Shown here: piece after piece, positions 1 to 9,669 of the stretch
Position numbering within the stretch: the stretch's first letter is position 1
Layout: each line of letters opens with the position of its first letter
Assembly: GCA_964560615.1 (NCBI GenBank)
Contig: CAZLMT010000004.1
Location: 4,673-46,452 of the forward strand
DNA: 41,780 nt
Direction of reading: 5' to 3'
Source: an uncultured Actinomyces sp.
GTDB taxonomy: Bacteria > Actinomycetota > Actinomycetes > S36-B12
Made by a program: the position numbers and the translations under genes
The notes under the pieces: generated by a model
What the model was told of the DNA's origin: nothing
What the model saw: only the letters and a program-made list of their open reading frames with translations
Databases searched by the model: none

Positions 1-144
1 GACAAGCCCAAGGCAGCGTCGAAGAAGCCGGCCGAGAAGACGGCCGACAAGCCCGAGGCTGACGAGACGACGGCTCCCGCGGAGAAGGCGGCTGCCAAGA
101 AGGCCCCGGCCAAGAAGGCTGCGGCCAAGGAAGAGGAGAGCTGA
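1..144 (+). CDS. rplV: 50S ribosomal protein L22, 3' fragment (Lys/Ala-rich C-terminal tail); 5' end lies outside the window
   Basis: Frame 1 is open from nt 1 to TGA at 142-144 ([13 protein letters not shown]...AAKEEES). It sits immediately upstream of rpsC, matching the conserved S10-operon order rplV-rpsC-rplP. Only the low-complexity tail is visible, so the call rests on position. Confidence 0.55.
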   Translation, partial: DKPKAASKKPAEKTADKPEADETTAPAEKAAAKKAPAKKAAAKEEES

Positions 145-145
145 G

Positions 146-937
146 ATGGGTCAGAAGGTAAACCCGCACGGCTTCCGCCTCGGCATCACGACCGACTTCA
201 CGTCCCGGTGGTTCGCCGATAGCGCTAAGCCCGGCCAGCGCTACCGCGACTACGTCGAAGAGGACGTGGCCATTCGCAAGCTGCTGTCCAAGGGCATGGA
301 GCGCGCGGGGATCAGCAAGGTGGAGATCGAGCGCACCCGTGAGCGCGTGCGCGTCGACATCCACACCGCGCGTCCCGGCATTGTCATTGGACGCCGCGGA
401 GCCGAGGCGGATCGCATCCGCGCCGACCTGGAGAAGCTCACCGGCAAGCAGGTTCAGCTCAACATCCTCGAGGTGAAGAACCCCGAGATGGATGCCCAGC
501 TCGTCGCCCAGGGCATTGCCGAGCAGCTCTCGAGTCGTGTCTCCTTCCGTCGCGCCATGCGCAAGGGCATGCAGAGCACCATGAAGGCCGGCGCCAAGGG
601 CATCCGCGTGCAGGTCTCGGGTCGCCTTGGCGGCGCGGAGATGAGCCGCACGGAGTTCTACCGCGAGGGCCGGGTCCCGCTGCACACGCTGCGCGCCGAC
701 ATCGACTATGGCTTCTACGAGGCCCGGACCACCTTCGGTCGCATTGGCGTCAAGGTCTGGATCTACAAGGGCGACGCCCCGACCAGCCGCGCCGAGCGCG
801 AGGCTGTCGCAGCAGCGGCTCGCCTGGGCAAGCGTCCCGAGCGTCCCCGTCGCGGCCTTCGTCGCGATGACGAGGTGCTCGAGGCGGCGACCGTGGTTGC
901 CGCCGAGGCTCCCGCACCGACAGAGGGCGAGGTCTGA
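146..937 (+). CDS. rpsC: 30S ribosomal protein S3
   Basis: 263-aa ORF starting [24 protein letters not shown], with KH and S3-C domain hallmarks ([11 protein letters not shown]). It has an actinobacterial-style C-terminal extension. Confidence 0.97.
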   Translation: MGQKVNPHGFRLGITTDFTSRWFADSAKPGQRYRDYVEEDVAIRKLLSKGMERAGISKVEIERTRERVRVDIHTARPGIVIGRRGAEADRIRADLEKLTGKQVQLNILEVKNPEMDAQLVAQGIAEQLSSRVSFRRAMRKGMQSTMKAGAKGIRVQVSGRLGGAEMSRTEFYREGRVPLHTLRADIDYGFYEARTTFGRIGVKVWIYKGDAPTSRAEREAVAAAARLGKRPERPRRGLRRDDEVLEAATVVAAEAPAPTEGEV

Positions 938-939
938 TC

Positions 940-1362
940 ATGCTGATCCCGCGCAAGGTCAAGCACCGCAAGCAGCACCACCCGAAGCGCACCGGCGCCG
1001 CCAAGGGCGGCACCGAGGTGACGTTCGGGACCTACGGGCTGCAGGCGCTCGAGCCGGCGTACGTCACGAACCGCCAGATCGAGTCGGCTCGTATTGCCAT
1101 CACGCGACACATTCGCCGTGGCGGCAAGGTGTGGATCAACATCTACCCGGACCGTCCGCTCACCAAGAAGCCCGCCGAGACCCGCATGGGCTCGGGCAAG
1201 GGCTCCCCTGAGTGGTGGGTGGCCAACGTCAAGCCCGGACGCGTGATGTTCGAGCTGTCGTACCCCAATGAGAAGACCGCAGTCGCGGCACTGACCCGGG
1301 CAATGCACAAGTTGCCCATGAAGTGTCGGATCGTGCGTCGCGACGATATTGCGGAGGTCTGA
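940..1362 (+). CDS. rplP: 50S ribosomal protein L16
   Basis: 140-aa ORF starting [19 protein letters not shown]...; also contains [14 protein letters not shown]. There is a 2-nt gap after rpsC. Confidence 0.97.
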   Translation: MLIPRKVKHRKQHHPKRTGAAKGGTEVTFGTYGLQALEPAYVTNRQIESARIAITRHIRRGGKVWINIYPDRPLTKKPAETRMGSGKGSPEWWVANVKPGRVMFELSYPNEKTAVAALTRAMHKLPMKCRIVRRDDIAEV

Positions 1363-1598
1363 TGGCTGCCGGCACATCACCCCAGGAGTTCCGCGGCCTC
1401 ACGGACGAGGAGCTCGTCACGCGCCTGCGCGAGGCCAAGGAGGAGCTCTTCAACCTCCGCTTCCAGGGCGCGACGGGCCAGCTCGAGAACCACGGGCGGC
1501 TTCGTGCGGTGCGCAAGGACATCGCGCGCCTCTACACCGTGATGCGTGAGCGCGAGCTTGGCATCACTCCCGTCGAGCACGTGGGCGGTGCGGCATGA
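1362..1598 (+). CDS. rpmC: 50S ribosomal protein L29
   Basis: An in-frame ATG at 1362 overlaps the rplP stop (TGATG). The product is [35 protein letters not shown]..., 78 aa. The track ORF starting at 1323 has an implausible N-terminal extension inside rplP. Confidence 0.9.
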   Translation: MAAGTSPQEFRGLTDEELVTRLREAKEELFNLRFQGATGQLENHGRLRAVRKDIARLYTVMRERELGITPVEHVGGAA

Positions 1599-1876
1599 CC
1601 GACGAGAAGGTGACCGTGAGCTCAGAACGCAATGCACGCAAGGTCCGTGAGGGTCTCGTCGTGAGCGACAAGATGGACAAGACCGTCGTCGTCGCCGTCG
1701 AGGACCGCTTCAAGCACCCGCTCTACGGCAAGGTGGTGCGTCGCACGAGCAAGCTCAAGGCGCATGATGAGCAGAACTCCTGCGGCATCGGCGACCGTGT
1801 GCTGCTCATGGAGACCAAGCCGCTGTCGGCGACCAAGCGCTGGCGCGTCGTCGAGATCCTCGAGAAGGCGAAGTAG
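1595..1876 (+). CDS. rpsQ: 30S ribosomal protein S17
   Basis: 93-aa ORF containing ...[32 protein letters not shown].... ATGA overlap with the rpmC stop. Confidence 0.95.
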   Translation: MTDEKVTVSSERNARKVREGLVVSDKMDKTVVVAVEDRFKHPLYGKVVRRTSKLKAHDEQNSCGIGDRVLLMETKPLSATKRWRVVEILEKAK

Positions 1877-1886
1877 GGGAGACGAC

Positions 1887-2255
1887 GTGATTCAGCAAGA
1901 GTCCCGACTGAAGGTCGCCGACAACACGGGTGCCAAGGAACTGCTGTGCATCCGCGTCCTCGGCGGATCTGGACGCCGCTACGCCGGCATTGGCGACATC
2001 ATCGTTGCGACGGTGAAGGACGCCATCCCCGGCGGTGGAGTCAAGAAGGGCGAGGTGGTCAAGGCCGTCATCGTCCGTACCCGCAAGGAGAACCGTCGTC
2101 CGGACGGCTCCTACATCCGCTTCGATGAGAACGCCGCAGTCATCCTCAAGGGTGACGGCGAGCCCCGCGGCACCCGCATCTTCGGGCCCGTGGGACGCGA
2201 ACTCCGCGAGAAGCGCTTCATGAAGATCATCTCGTTGGCACCGGAGGTGCTCTGA
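1887..2255 (+). CDS. rplN: 50S ribosomal protein L14
   Basis: A GTG at 1887 gives [27 protein letters not shown]..., 122 aa, the canonical L14 length. The track ORF starting at 1764 overlaps rpsQ and is an artefactual extension. Confidence 0.93.
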   Translation: MIQQESRLKVADNTGAKELLCIRVLGGSGRRYAGIGDIIVATVKDAIPGGGVKKGEVVKAVIVRTRKENRRPDGSYIRFDENAAVILKGDGEPRGTRIFGPVGRELREKRFMKIISLAPEVL

Positions 2256-2256
2256 C

Positions 2257-2619
2257 ATGGCTGCCCTCTTCGTTCGCAAGGGTGACCTCGTGCAGGTCAT
2301 TAGCGGCAAGGACCGCGGGATCACCGGGAAGGTCATCGAGGTCTTCCCCGAGTCCGACAAGGTGATCGTCGAAGGTGTGAACCGCATCAAGAAGCACACC
2401 AAGGTGGGCCAAAACAACCGTGGCGCCAAGACCGGCGGCATCATCACGACGGAGGCACCGATTCACGTCTCCAATGTGATGGTCGTCGACCCCGAGGACA
2501 ACCGACCCACGCGCGTCGGCTCCCGCAAGGAAAAGGTCGAGAAGCGCCGTCCCGACGGCAGCACGTACGAGGCGACGCGCAGCGTGCGCGTATCGAAGCG
2601 AACCGGCAAGGATCTGTGA
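2257..2619 (+). CDS. rplX: 50S ribosomal protein L24
   Basis: 120-aa ORF with a KOW motif ([21 protein letters not shown]) and a basic C-terminal extension. Confidence 0.95.
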   Translation: MAALFVRKGDLVQVISGKDRGITGKVIEVFPESDKVIVEGVNRIKKHTKVGQNNRGAKTGGIITTEAPIHVSNVMVVDPEDNRPTRVGSRKEKVEKRRPDGSTYEATRSVRVSKRTGKDL

Positions 2620-3185
2620 TGACCACCATGACCGAGCGTCAGATGCCGCGACTCAAGTCGCGCTACCGCGAGGAGATCGTGCCTGCGCTGGAGGAGCAGT
2701 TCTCCTTCGAGAACATCATGCAGGTGCCCCGTGTGACGAAGGTTGTCGTCAACATGGGCGTCGGCGAGGCTGCACGTGACTCCAAACTGATCGAGGGCGC
2801 CATCCGCGACCTCACGGAGATCACCGGCCAGCGACCCCAGGTGACCAAGGCCCGCCAGTCGATTGCACAGTTCAAGCTGCGCGAGGGCATGCCCATCGGT
2901 GCCCACGTCACGCTGCGCGGCGATCGCATGTGGGAGTTCCTGGACCGCCTGCTCTCCGTCGCTCTCCCGCGCATTAGGGACTTCCGTGGGCTGTCCGGCA
3001 AGCAGTTCGATGGCCGCGGCAACTACACCTTCGGCCTCACGGAGCAGTCGATGTTCCACGAGATCGACCAGGACAAGATCGACCGCGTCCGCGGCATGGA
3101 CATCACGGTCGTCACCACCGCCAAGAACGATGCGGAGGGGCGGGCCCTGCTGCGCCTCCTTGGCTTCCCTTTCAAGGAGAACTGA
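2616..3185 (+). CDS. rplE: 50S ribosomal protein L5
   Basis: 189-aa ORF containing ...[42 protein letters not shown].... The start is ambiguous between GTG 2616 and ATG 2619. It overlaps the rplX stop. Confidence 0.93.
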   Translation: MMTTMTERQMPRLKSRYREEIVPALEEQFSFENIMQVPRVTKVVVNMGVGEAARDSKLIEGAIRDLTEITGQRPQVTKARQSIAQFKLREGMPIGAHVTLRGDRMWEFLDRLLSVALPRIRDFRGLSGKQFDGRGNYTFGLTEQSMFHEIDQDKIDRVRGMDITVVTTAKNDAEGRALLRLLGFPFKEN

Positions 3186-3187
3186 CC

Positions 3188-3373
3188 GTGGCGAAGAAGG
3201 CACTGATCGAAAAGCAGCAGCGCAAGCCCAAGTACGCCGTGCGCGCCTACACGCGCTGCACCCGGTGCGGCCGTCCGCACTCCGTCTACCGCAAGTTCGG
3301 CCTGTGCCGGATCTGCCTGCGGGAGATGGCGCACGCCGGGCAGCTTCCCGGAATCACCAAGAGCAGCTGGTAA
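3188..3373 (+). CDS. rpsN: 30S ribosomal protein S14, short type-Z zinc-binding form
   Basis: 61-aa ORF starting [43 protein letters not shown]...; the CxxC...CxxC pattern is intact. Confidence 0.95.
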   Translation: MAKKALIEKQQRKPKYAVRAYTRCTRCGRPHSVYRKFGLCRICLREMAHAGQLPGITKSSW

Positions 3374-3422
3374 ACCACGACGCCGTAGGTCCCTGCGGGG
3401 ATACCACGGCGAGAAGGGCCTG

Positions 3423-3827
3423 ATGGCCATGACGATGACAGACCCGATCGCGGACATGCTTGCGCGCCTGCGCAATGCCAACTCCGCGTATCACGATGCG
3501 GTGACCATGCCGCATTCGAAGATCAAGGTGGGGATCGCTGAGATTCTCAAGCAGCAGGGCTACATCGCCGGCTGGAGCGTCGAGGACGCCCCGGTGGGCA
3601 AGAACCTCGTGCTCGAACTCAAGTACGGCCCCAGTCGTGAGCGCTCCATTGCCGGCCTGCGCCGTGTGTCCAAGCCCGGGCTCCGTGTCTACGCCAAGAG
3701 CACCGCGCTGCCCAAGGTCCTCGGCGGTCTCGGTGTCGCCATCTTGTCGACATCATCCGGACTCCTGACCGATCGTCAGGCCGCACAGAAGGGCGTAGGT
3801 GGGGAAGTCCTCGCCTACGTCTGGTGA
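3423..3827 (+). CDS. rpsH: 30S ribosomal protein S8
   Basis: ORF starting [23 protein letters not shown].... The start could instead be the ATG at 3429. Confidence 0.93.
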   Translation: MAMTMTDPIADMLARLRNANSAYHDAVTMPHSKIKVGIAEILKQQGYIAGWSVEDAPVGKNLVLELKYGPSRERSIAGLRRVSKPGLRVYAKSTALPKVLGGLGVAILSTSSGLLTDRQAAQKGVGGEVLAYVW

Positions 3828-3836
3828 GGGGGAGTC

Positions 3837-4379
3837 ATGTCGCGCATTGGACGCCTGCCCATCGCTGTCCCCTCAGGGGTTGACGTGGCCGTCGATGGTT
3901 CCGTCATCACCGTCAAGGGCCCCAAGGGCACCCTCACCCACACGATCGTGGAGCCGATCGCCGTCGAGCGTCAGGATGACGGCACCCTTGCCGTGACCCG
4001 GCCCAACGACGAGCGCGACTCCCGTGCTCGCCATGGCCTCACGCGGACCCTCATCGCCAACATGGTGCTGGGTGTCACGCAGGGCTACGAGAAGGGCCTC
4101 GAGATCGTGGGCACCGGCTATCGAGTCCAGGCGAAGGGCAATGACCTGGAGTTCGCGCTGGGCTACAGCCACCCGATCGTCTTCCCGGCCCCGGAGGGCA
4201 TCAGCTTCGCCGTGGAGTCGCCGACGAAGTTCAAGGTCATGGGCATCGACAAGCAGCAGGTCGGCGAGGTCGCCGCGAACATCCGCAAGTTGCGCAAGCC
4301 CGAGCCCTTCAAGGGTAAGGGAGTGCGCTACGAGGGTGAAGTCGTCAGGCGCAAGGCCGGGAAGGCGGGCAAGAAGTGA
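3837..4379 (+). CDS. rplF: 50S ribosomal protein L6
   Basis: 180-aa ORF starting [33 protein letters not shown].... Confidence 0.96.
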   Translation: MSRIGRLPIAVPSGVDVAVDGSVITVKGPKGTLTHTIVEPIAVERQDDGTLAVTRPNDERDSRARHGLTRTLIANMVLGVTQGYEKGLEIVGTGYRVQAKGNDLEFALGYSHPIVFPAPEGISFAVESPTKFKVMGIDKQQVGEVAANIRKLRKPEPFKGKGVRYEGEVVRRKAGKAGKK

Positions 4380-4759
4380 GTTCTTTCGCCCCGAAGATCG
4401 GCTCGGGCAACCCCAAGCGCACGGCGCGCGCGCGGCGTCACCTGCGCGTGCGCAAGAAGATCAGCGGCAGCGCGCAGCGCCCCCGCCTCGTGGTCTCGCG
4501 CTCGTCTCGCCACGTCGTGGCTCAGGTCATCGACGACGGTGCCGGGCGCACGCTCGCGTCCGCATCCTCGATGGAGGCCGACGTCCGTTCGTCGGGCGCC
4601 GACAAGACCGCTCAGGCCCGTAAGGTCGGCGAGCTCCTTGCCGCGCGAGCCAAGCAGGCCGGTGTCGAGACCGTGGTCTTCGACCGCGGCGGCAACATGT
4701 TCCATGGCCGCGTTGCGGCCCTAGCAGAGGGCGCCCGCGAGGGCGGCCTCGAGTTCTGA
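4376..4759 (+). CDS. rplR: 50S ribosomal protein L18
   Basis: 127-aa ORF with a GTGA overlap on the rplF stop. Contains ...[20 protein letters not shown]...[27 protein letters not shown]. Confidence 0.93.
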   Translation: MSSFAPKIGSGNPKRTARARRHLRVRKKISGSAQRPRLVVSRSSRHVVAQVIDDGAGRTLASASSMEADVRSSGADKTAQARKVGELLAARAKQAGVETVVFDRGGNMFHGRVAALAEGAREGGLEF

Positions 4760-4779
4760 CGGTCGAGAGAGGTATAGGC

Positions 4780-5388
4780 ATGTCGACAATGGACCGCCGG
4801 GGAACCGGCGCCGCTAACTCCGGGGGCGGACGCGATCGCCGTGAGCGACGCGACCGCGCGCCCCGCGAGGAGAAGTCCGCCTTCCTCGAGCGCGTGGTGA
4901 CCATCAACCGCGTTGCGAAGGTCGTCAAGGGTGGTCGTCGCTTCAGCTTCACGGCGCTCGTCGTCGTGGGCGATGGTGACGGCACTGTGGGCGTGGGCTA
5001 CGGCAAGGCCAAGGAGGTGCCCGCGGCGATCGCCAAGGGTGTCGAGGAGGCCAAGAAGCACTTCTTCAAGGTGCCGCGCATCCAGGGCACCATCCCGCAT
5101 CCGGTGACCGGTGAGGCCGCTGCGGGCGTCGTGCTGCTGCGTCCCGCTGCCCCGGGCACCGGCGTTATCGCGGGTGGTCCCGTGCGCGCGGTACTGGAGT
5201 GCGCCGGCATCCACGATGTCCTGTCGAAGTCGCTTGGCTCAGACAATGCGATCAACATCGTCCATGCCACCGTCCAGGCTCTCCGTAATCTTGAGCGTCC
5301 CGAGGAGGTCGCGGCACGACGCGGACTGCCCCTCGAGGACGTGGCTCCCGCGGCTCTGCTGCGCGCTCGTGCGGCGGGTGCGTCATGA
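4780..5388 (+). CDS. rpsE: 30S ribosomal protein S5
   Basis: 202-aa ORF with an Arg-rich N-terminal extension followed by ...[42 protein letters not shown].... Confidence 0.95.
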   Translation: MSTMDRRGTGAANSGGGRDRRERRDRAPREEKSAFLERVVTINRVAKVVKGGRRFSFTALVVVGDGDGTVGVGYGKAKEVPAAIAKGVEEAKKHFFKVPRIQGTIPHPVTGEAAAGVVLLRPAAPGTGVIAGGPVRAVLECAGIHDVLSKSLGSDNAINIVHATVQALRNLERPEEVAARRGLPLEDVAPAALLRARAAGAS

Positions 5389-5570
5389 GCGTTCGCCTGC
5401 AGGTGACGCAGCGGAAGTCGCCGATCGGAGGGACCCACAGTCAGCGCGAGACCCTGCGCTCGCTGGGTCTCAAGCGCATCGGCGACACCGTGGTCAAGGA
5501 GGATCGCCCCGAGATCCGCGGCATGATCGCCACGGTCTCCCATCTCGTCTCAGTCGAGGAGGTGCAGTGA
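5385..5570 (+). CDS. rpmD: 50S ribosomal protein L30
   Basis: 61-aa ORF with an ATGA overlap on rpsE. Sequence: [36 protein letters not shown].... Confidence 0.93.
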   Translation: MSVRLQVTQRKSPIGGTHSQRETLRSLGLKRIGDTVVKEDRPEIRGMIATVSHLVSVEEVQ

Positions 5571-5571
5571 C

Positions 5572-6012
5572 ATGGCTCTGAAGGTTCATCACCTACGTCC
5601 CGCCCCGGGCGCCAAGACGCCCAAGACCCGCAAGGGTCGCGGCGAGGCCTCGAAGGGCAAGACCGCAGGTCGTGGCACCAAGGGCACGCGGGCCCGCAAC
5701 AAGGTGCCCGCTCGCTTCGAAGGCGGCCAGATGCCGCTCCACATGCGGCTGCCCAAGCTCAAGGGATTCACCAATCCCAACACGGTGACCTACCAGGTGG
5801 TCAATGTCGCGGCGCTCAACAAGCTCTTCCCTCAGGGCGGTGCCGTGACGGTCGCTGACCTCGTGGCGGCGGGCGCGGTCCGCAAGGGCCAGCCGGTCAA
5901 GGTCTTGGGCCAGGGCGATATCTCCGTGGCCGTCCAGGTGAAGGTCCAGGCCTTCTCCGGCTCGGCCCAGGAGAAGATCGCGGCTGCCGGCGGCAGCATC
6001 GAGAAGATCTGA
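5572..6012 (+). CDS. rplO: 50S ribosomal protein L15
   Basis: 146-aa ORF containing ...[24 protein letters not shown]...[16 protein letters not shown]. Confidence 0.95.
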   Translation: MALKVHHLRPAPGAKTPKTRKGRGEASKGKTAGRGTKGTRARNKVPARFEGGQMPLHMRLPKLKGFTNPNTVTYQVVNVAALNKLFPQGGAVTVADLVAAGAVRKGQPVKVLGQGDISVAVQVKVQAFSGSAQEKIAAAGGSIEKI

Positions 6013-6131
6013 CGGTAAAGCTCCCCCAGGATTCACCCAGGGTCGCCGGGAAGGCTTCCGAAGGGGCCTACGTTAGGCTTCAACGGGCCTGGAACGGCCA
6101 GCGTCCCCGGTACGGTCATCGTCCACGACAT

Positions 6132-6151
6132 GGCGAAGCCACCGCTTCGCC
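6132..6151 (+). other. Perfect 8-bp hairpin (GGCGAAGC-cacc-GCTTCGCC) directly abutting the secY Shine-Dalgarno sequence
   Basis: Read directly: 6132-6139 is the reverse complement of 6144-6151. AAGGAGG follows at 6152-6158 and the GTG start at 6164. Its function is unknown. Confidence 0.4.
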
Positions 6152-6163
6152 AAGGAGGTAAGC

Positions 6164-7462
6164 GTGCATCTCGGCGCCTTCGTCGCGGCCTTCCGCACCC
6201 CGGACCTGCGCAAGAAGATCCTCTTCACGCTGGCCCTGCTGGCGGTCTTCCGCCTCGGATCGGTGGTCCCGACCCCCGGTGTGGACTACTCGGCCATCCA
6301 GCGGTGTATCGACCAGACTTCCGACAACTCCGTCTACGCCGTGATCAACCTCTTCAGCGGCGGCGCGCTCCTGCAGCTCTCGGTCTTCGCGCTGGGCATC
6401 ATGCCCTACATCACGGCGAGCATCATCCTGCAGTTGCTCACCGTGGTCATCCCGCGTCTGGAGATGCTCAAGAAGGAAGGGCAGTCGGGCCAGGCCAAGA
6501 TCACGCAGTACACCAGGTACCTCACCATCGGCCTGGCGATCCTGCAGTCGACCGCCATCTTGTCGCTCGCTCGCACGCCCGGCCAGCTCTTCAGCGGCTG
6601 TAACGAGGAGCTGATCCCCAACCAGAGCCCGCTCCTCATCATCGTCATGGTGATCGTGATGACGGCGGGCACCGCGGTGATCATGTGGCTCGGCGAGCTC
6701 ATCACCGAGCGCGGCGTCGGCAACGGCATGTCGCTTCTGATCTTCACCTCGATCATCGCCACGATCCCGGCACAGTTCATCAACGTCTTCGTGAGCCGCG
6801 GCACCTTCTCCTTTGCCCTCACGATGCTGGTCTCGCTCGTGGTCCTGGCGCTCGTGGTCTTCGTCGAGCAGGGCCAGCGTCGCATCCCCGTGCAGTATGC
6901 AAAGCGCATGGTGGGTCGCCGGATGTACGGCGGGACCTCTACCTACATTCCTCTCAAGGTCAACATGGCTGGCGTCATCCCGGTCATCTTCGCCTCATCC
7001 CTGCTCTTCCTGCCGACCCTCCTTGTGCAGCTCACGGGCAGCCAGGCGGAGTGGGCACAGTGGATCGCCACGAACTTCTCGACGGGCACCACCACGTGGT
7101 ACCTCCTCGTGTTCTTCGTCCTCACGGTGTTCTTCACCTACTTCTACGTGTCGATCACCTTCAACCCCGTCGACGTCGCCGACAACATGAAGAAGTACGG
7201 CGGCTTCATTCCGGGTATCCGTGCGGGACGGCCCACGGCCGAGTACCTGTCCTACGTGCTCAACCGACTGACGTTCCCCGGCTCGATCTACCTCGGCCTC
7301 ATCGCCGTCATGCCGGTCTTCGCCTTCAACCTGATCGGCATCGGGGATCAGTTCGTCTTCGGCGGCATCAGCCTGCTCATCGTGGTGGGCGTCGGCCTCG
7401 ACACGGTCAAGCAGATCGACTCCCAGCTCCAGCAGCGCAACTATGAGGGCTTCCTCCGCTGA
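6164..7462 (+). CDS. secY: Preprotein translocase subunit SecY
   Basis: 432-aa polytopic membrane protein with a GTG start preceded by AAGGAGG. Contains ...RKKILFTLALLAVFRLGSVVPTPGVD... and ...GGISLLIVVGVGLDTVKQIDSQL.... Conserved position after rplO. Confidence 0.96.
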   Translation: MHLGAFVAAFRTPDLRKKILFTLALLAVFRLGSVVPTPGVDYSAIQRCIDQTSDNSVYAVINLFSGGALLQLSVFALGIMPYITASIILQLLTVVIPRLEMLKKEGQSGQAKITQYTRYLTIGLAILQSTAILSLARTPGQLFSGCNEELIPNQSPLLIIVMVIVMTAGTAVIMWLGELITERGVGNGMSLLIFTSIIATIPAQFINVFVSRGTFSFALTMLVSLVVLALVVFVEQGQRRIPVQYAKRMVGRRMYGGTSTYIPLKVNMAGVIPVIFASSLLFLPTLLVQLTGSQAEWAQWIATNFSTGTTTWYLLVFFVLTVFFTYFYVSITFNPVDVADNMKKYGGFIPGIRAGRPTAEYLSYVLNRLTFPGSIYLGLIAVMPVFAFNLIGIGDQFVFGGISLLIVVGVGLDTVKQIDSQLQQRNYEGFLR

Positions 7463-8025
7463 TGAGGCTGCTCATCATGGGACCACCCGGGGCCGGCAAG
7501 GGCACCCAGGCGGTCGTCATCGCCGCGTCGCTGGGCATTCCCCACATCAGCACCGGCGACATCTTCCGCGCCAATGTGGGGGCCGGCACGCCTCTCGGCG
7601 AGGAGGCGCAGCGCTACATGGATGCGGGGGAGTACGTCCCCGACTCCATCACCAACGCCATGGTGCGCGATCGCATCTCGCATGACGATTGCCAGCCGGG
7701 CTTCCTCCTGGATGGCTACCCGCGCACCCTTGAGCAGGTCAACGAGCTCGACATGATGCTGGAGTCCGATGGTCGACGCCTGGATCGCGTCGTCGAACTC
7801 ACCGTCGTCACGGATGAGGTGGTGGGTCGCCTCCTGAAGCGGGCCCAGGAGCAGGGTCGAGCCGATGACACGGCTGATGTCATCCGTAGGCGCCTCGAGG
7901 TCTACTTCGAGCAGACGGCTCCGCTGGTCGCCGTCTATCGGGAGCGCGGCATCCTCCTCGAGGTCGATGGCATGGGCGATGTCGCCCAGGTCAGCGAGCG
8001 GATCCTGTCCGCCCTGCGCGACTGA
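7462..8025 (+). CDS. adk: Adenylate kinase
   Basis: 187-aa ORF starting MRLLIMGPPGAGKGTQA (P-loop), with ...GFLLDGYPRT.... It overlaps the secY stop by 1 nt. This is the short form and has no Cys4 lid. Confidence 0.96.
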   Translation: MRLLIMGPPGAGKGTQAVVIAASLGIPHISTGDIFRANVGAGTPLGEEAQRYMDAGEYVPDSITNAMVRDRISHDDCQPGFLLDGYPRTLEQVNELDMMLESDGRRLDRVVELTVVTDEVVGRLLKRAQEQGRADDTADVIRRRLEVYFEQTAPLVAVYRERGILLEVDGMGDVAQVSERILSALRD

Positions 8026-8027
8026 CC

Positions 8028-8813
8028 ATGTTTCGCTCACGCGACCGCATCGAGATCAAGTCGGCGGACCAAATCCAGGTCATGCGTGCCGCGGGACTTG
8101 TGGTCGCCCGCACCCTGCAGCGCGTCTCGGCTATCGCGGCGGCCGGCGTGACGACAGCGGACCTCGACGAGTGCGCTGCTCAGTCCATCCGCGATGAGGG
8201 GGCCACCCCTTCCTTCCTGGGTTATCACGGGTTCCCCGCGCATATCTGCGTGTCGGTCAACGACGAGGTCGTCCACGGCATCCCGGGTTCCCGGCGGCTG
8301 GCCGACGGCGATGTCGTCTCCATCGACTGCGGAGCCATCGTCGACGGCTGGCACGGCGATGCCGCCCTCACGGTGCTCGTGGGCGATGTGGCCGAGGATC
8401 TCCGGGAGTTGTCACGTGTGACCGAGGAATCCCTCTGGGCTGGTCTTGCCGCGGCGCGGCCCGGCAATCGACTGTCGGACATCGGAGCTGCGGTGGAGTC
8501 CGTGGTGCGTGCCCGAGGGGAGGCCTACGGCATCGTCGAGGAGTACGTCGGCCACGGCATCGGATCGAGCATGCACATGGAGCCGGCGGTGCCCAACTAC
8601 GGACGCCCGGGTAAGGGCCCACGACTCGTCCCGGGCATGGCGCTCGCCGTGGAGCCCATGGTCGTCCTGGGCGATCCAGGGGTCCACGTGCTGGAGGACG
8701 ACTGGACCGTGGTCGCCAGCGACGGCTCCCACGCGAGCCACTGGGAGCACACCGTGGCCGTCACCGAGGACGGACCGTGGGTCCTCACCGCCCTGGACGA
8801 CGTCAGGCTCTAG
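8028..8813 (+). CDS. map: Type I methionine aminopeptidase
   Basis: 261-aa ORF containing ...GYHGFPAHICVSVNDEVVHGIP...DVVSIDCGAIVDGWHGDAA...HGIGSSMHMEP...EHTVAVTEDG, which covers the metal-ligand motifs. Confidence 0.96.
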   Translation: MFRSRDRIEIKSADQIQVMRAAGLVVARTLQRVSAIAAAGVTTADLDECAAQSIRDEGATPSFLGYHGFPAHICVSVNDEVVHGIPGSRRLADGDVVSIDCGAIVDGWHGDAALTVLVGDVAEDLRELSRVTEESLWAGLAAARPGNRLSDIGAAVESVVRARGEAYGIVEEYVGHGIGSSMHMEPAVPNYGRPGKGPRLVPGMALAVEPMVVLGDPGVHVLEDDWTVVASDGSHASHWEHTVAVTEDGPWVLTALDDVRL

Positions 8814-8862
8814 AGCCTTCCCGGGCCCGTGAGGGACGTTTCTCCCGCTAAGCGGGACAAAT

Positions 8863-8884
8863 GGGGGGAACGGGTGGGTTGGGG
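8863..8884 (+). other. Canonical G-quadruplex-forming motif (G6-aac-G3-t-G3-tt-G4) in the map-infA spacer
   Basis: Read directly: GGGGGGAACGGGTGGGTTGGGG. This is a sequence motif only, and folding has not been tested. Confidence 0.4.
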
Positions 8885-9101
8885 CCGCGAAAATGACCAT
8901 CTGTCCCCGTCGATGCGGCCGCCGGCTCGGGACGTCCGAAATGCGGAAGATCCGGGTGCGGGGACCCCGATTAGGTCGTGAAAGGTCCCGCGCGTACACT
9001 TGACGGGCTGATCATCGGGCCCCCCCGTTCGTCCGCCACCCCCTCCCTTGGGAGCGGGGTCGTGAGCGTGCAAAGGGTCCGATCGGAGGAGAGCAGAGGG
9101 C

Positions 9102-9323
9102 ATGTCAAAGAAGGACGGCGCGATCGAGCTCGAGGGCACGATCACCGAATCCTTGCCCAATGCGATGTTCCGCGTGGAACTGGACAACGGTCACAAGGTC
9201 CTGGCCCACATCAGCGGGAAGATGCGGATGCATTACATCCGAATCCTCCCCGATGACCGCGTCGTCGTAGAGCTTTCGCCCTACGACCTGACTCGGGGTC
9301 GCATCGTCTACAGGTACAAGTGA
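9102..9323 (+). CDS. infA: Translation initiation factor IF-1
   Basis: 73-aa ORF: [73 protein letters not shown]. Confidence 0.97.
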   Translation: MSKKDGAIELEGTITESLPNAMFRVELDNGHKVLAHISGKMRMHYIRILPDDRVVVELSPYDLTRGRIVYRYK

Positions 9324-9352
9324 CAGCAGTCAGGTAGAGAGTTGGGATTCCG

Positions 9353-9466
9353 GTGAAGGTCAAGCCGAGCGTCAAGAAGATCTGCGACAAGTGCAAGGTG
9401 ATCCGTCGTCACGGGCGGGTCATGGTCATTTGCGACAACGTCCGCCACAAGCAGCGCCAAGGCTGA
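9353..9466 (+). CDS. rpmJ: 50S ribosomal protein L36 (zinc-ribbon C+ form)
   Basis: Absent from the ORF track because it is under 60 aa. GTG 9353 to TGA 9464-9466 encodes [37 protein letters not shown] (37 aa). Canonical position between infA and rpsM. Confidence 0.9.
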   Translation: MKVKPSVKKICDKCKVIRRHGRVMVICDNVRHKQRQG

Positions 9467-9548
9467 CATCACGTCGCGCGTGCGAGGGGAGACAACCCGG
9501 ACACGCTCCCCCGCGGTCCAACCGGGCCGTGGATCGCGGTACCCGACC

Positions 9549-9576
9549 CCCGCAGCCGGCACGTGCAGGCTGCGGG
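9549..9576 (+). other. Stable hairpin (9-bp perfect stem CCCGCAGCC/GGCTGCGGG) in the rpmJ-rpsM spacer
   Basis: Read directly: 9549-9557 pairs with 9568-9576, and the loop contains the palindrome GCACGTGC. A second 7-bp hairpin, CCCCTCC-gggt-GGAGGGG, lies at 9605-9622. Confidence 0.5.
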
Positions 9577-9669
9577 ACGCCACCCTCGGACGAGAGGCCG
9601 AGGACCCCTCCGGGTGGAGGGGACCGGTGCCGCACCCACACCTCTCGCGAAGACAAGAAGAGGACACCC

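Noticed and set aside
6130-6603. 157-aa ORF starting at ATG 6130, which overlaps the secY start.
   Set aside because: It is in a different frame from the recognisable SecY sequence and has Arg/Pro/Gly/His-rich shadow composition. secY starts at GTG 6164, behind a strong SD sequence.
9003-9060. Runs of 7 and 5+3 cytosines in the infA leader, reminiscent of the actinobacterial 6C RNA.
   Set aside because: I could not fold the region into the two C-loop hairpins that define 6C. The C-runs appear to pair with downstream G-runs rather than sit in loops.
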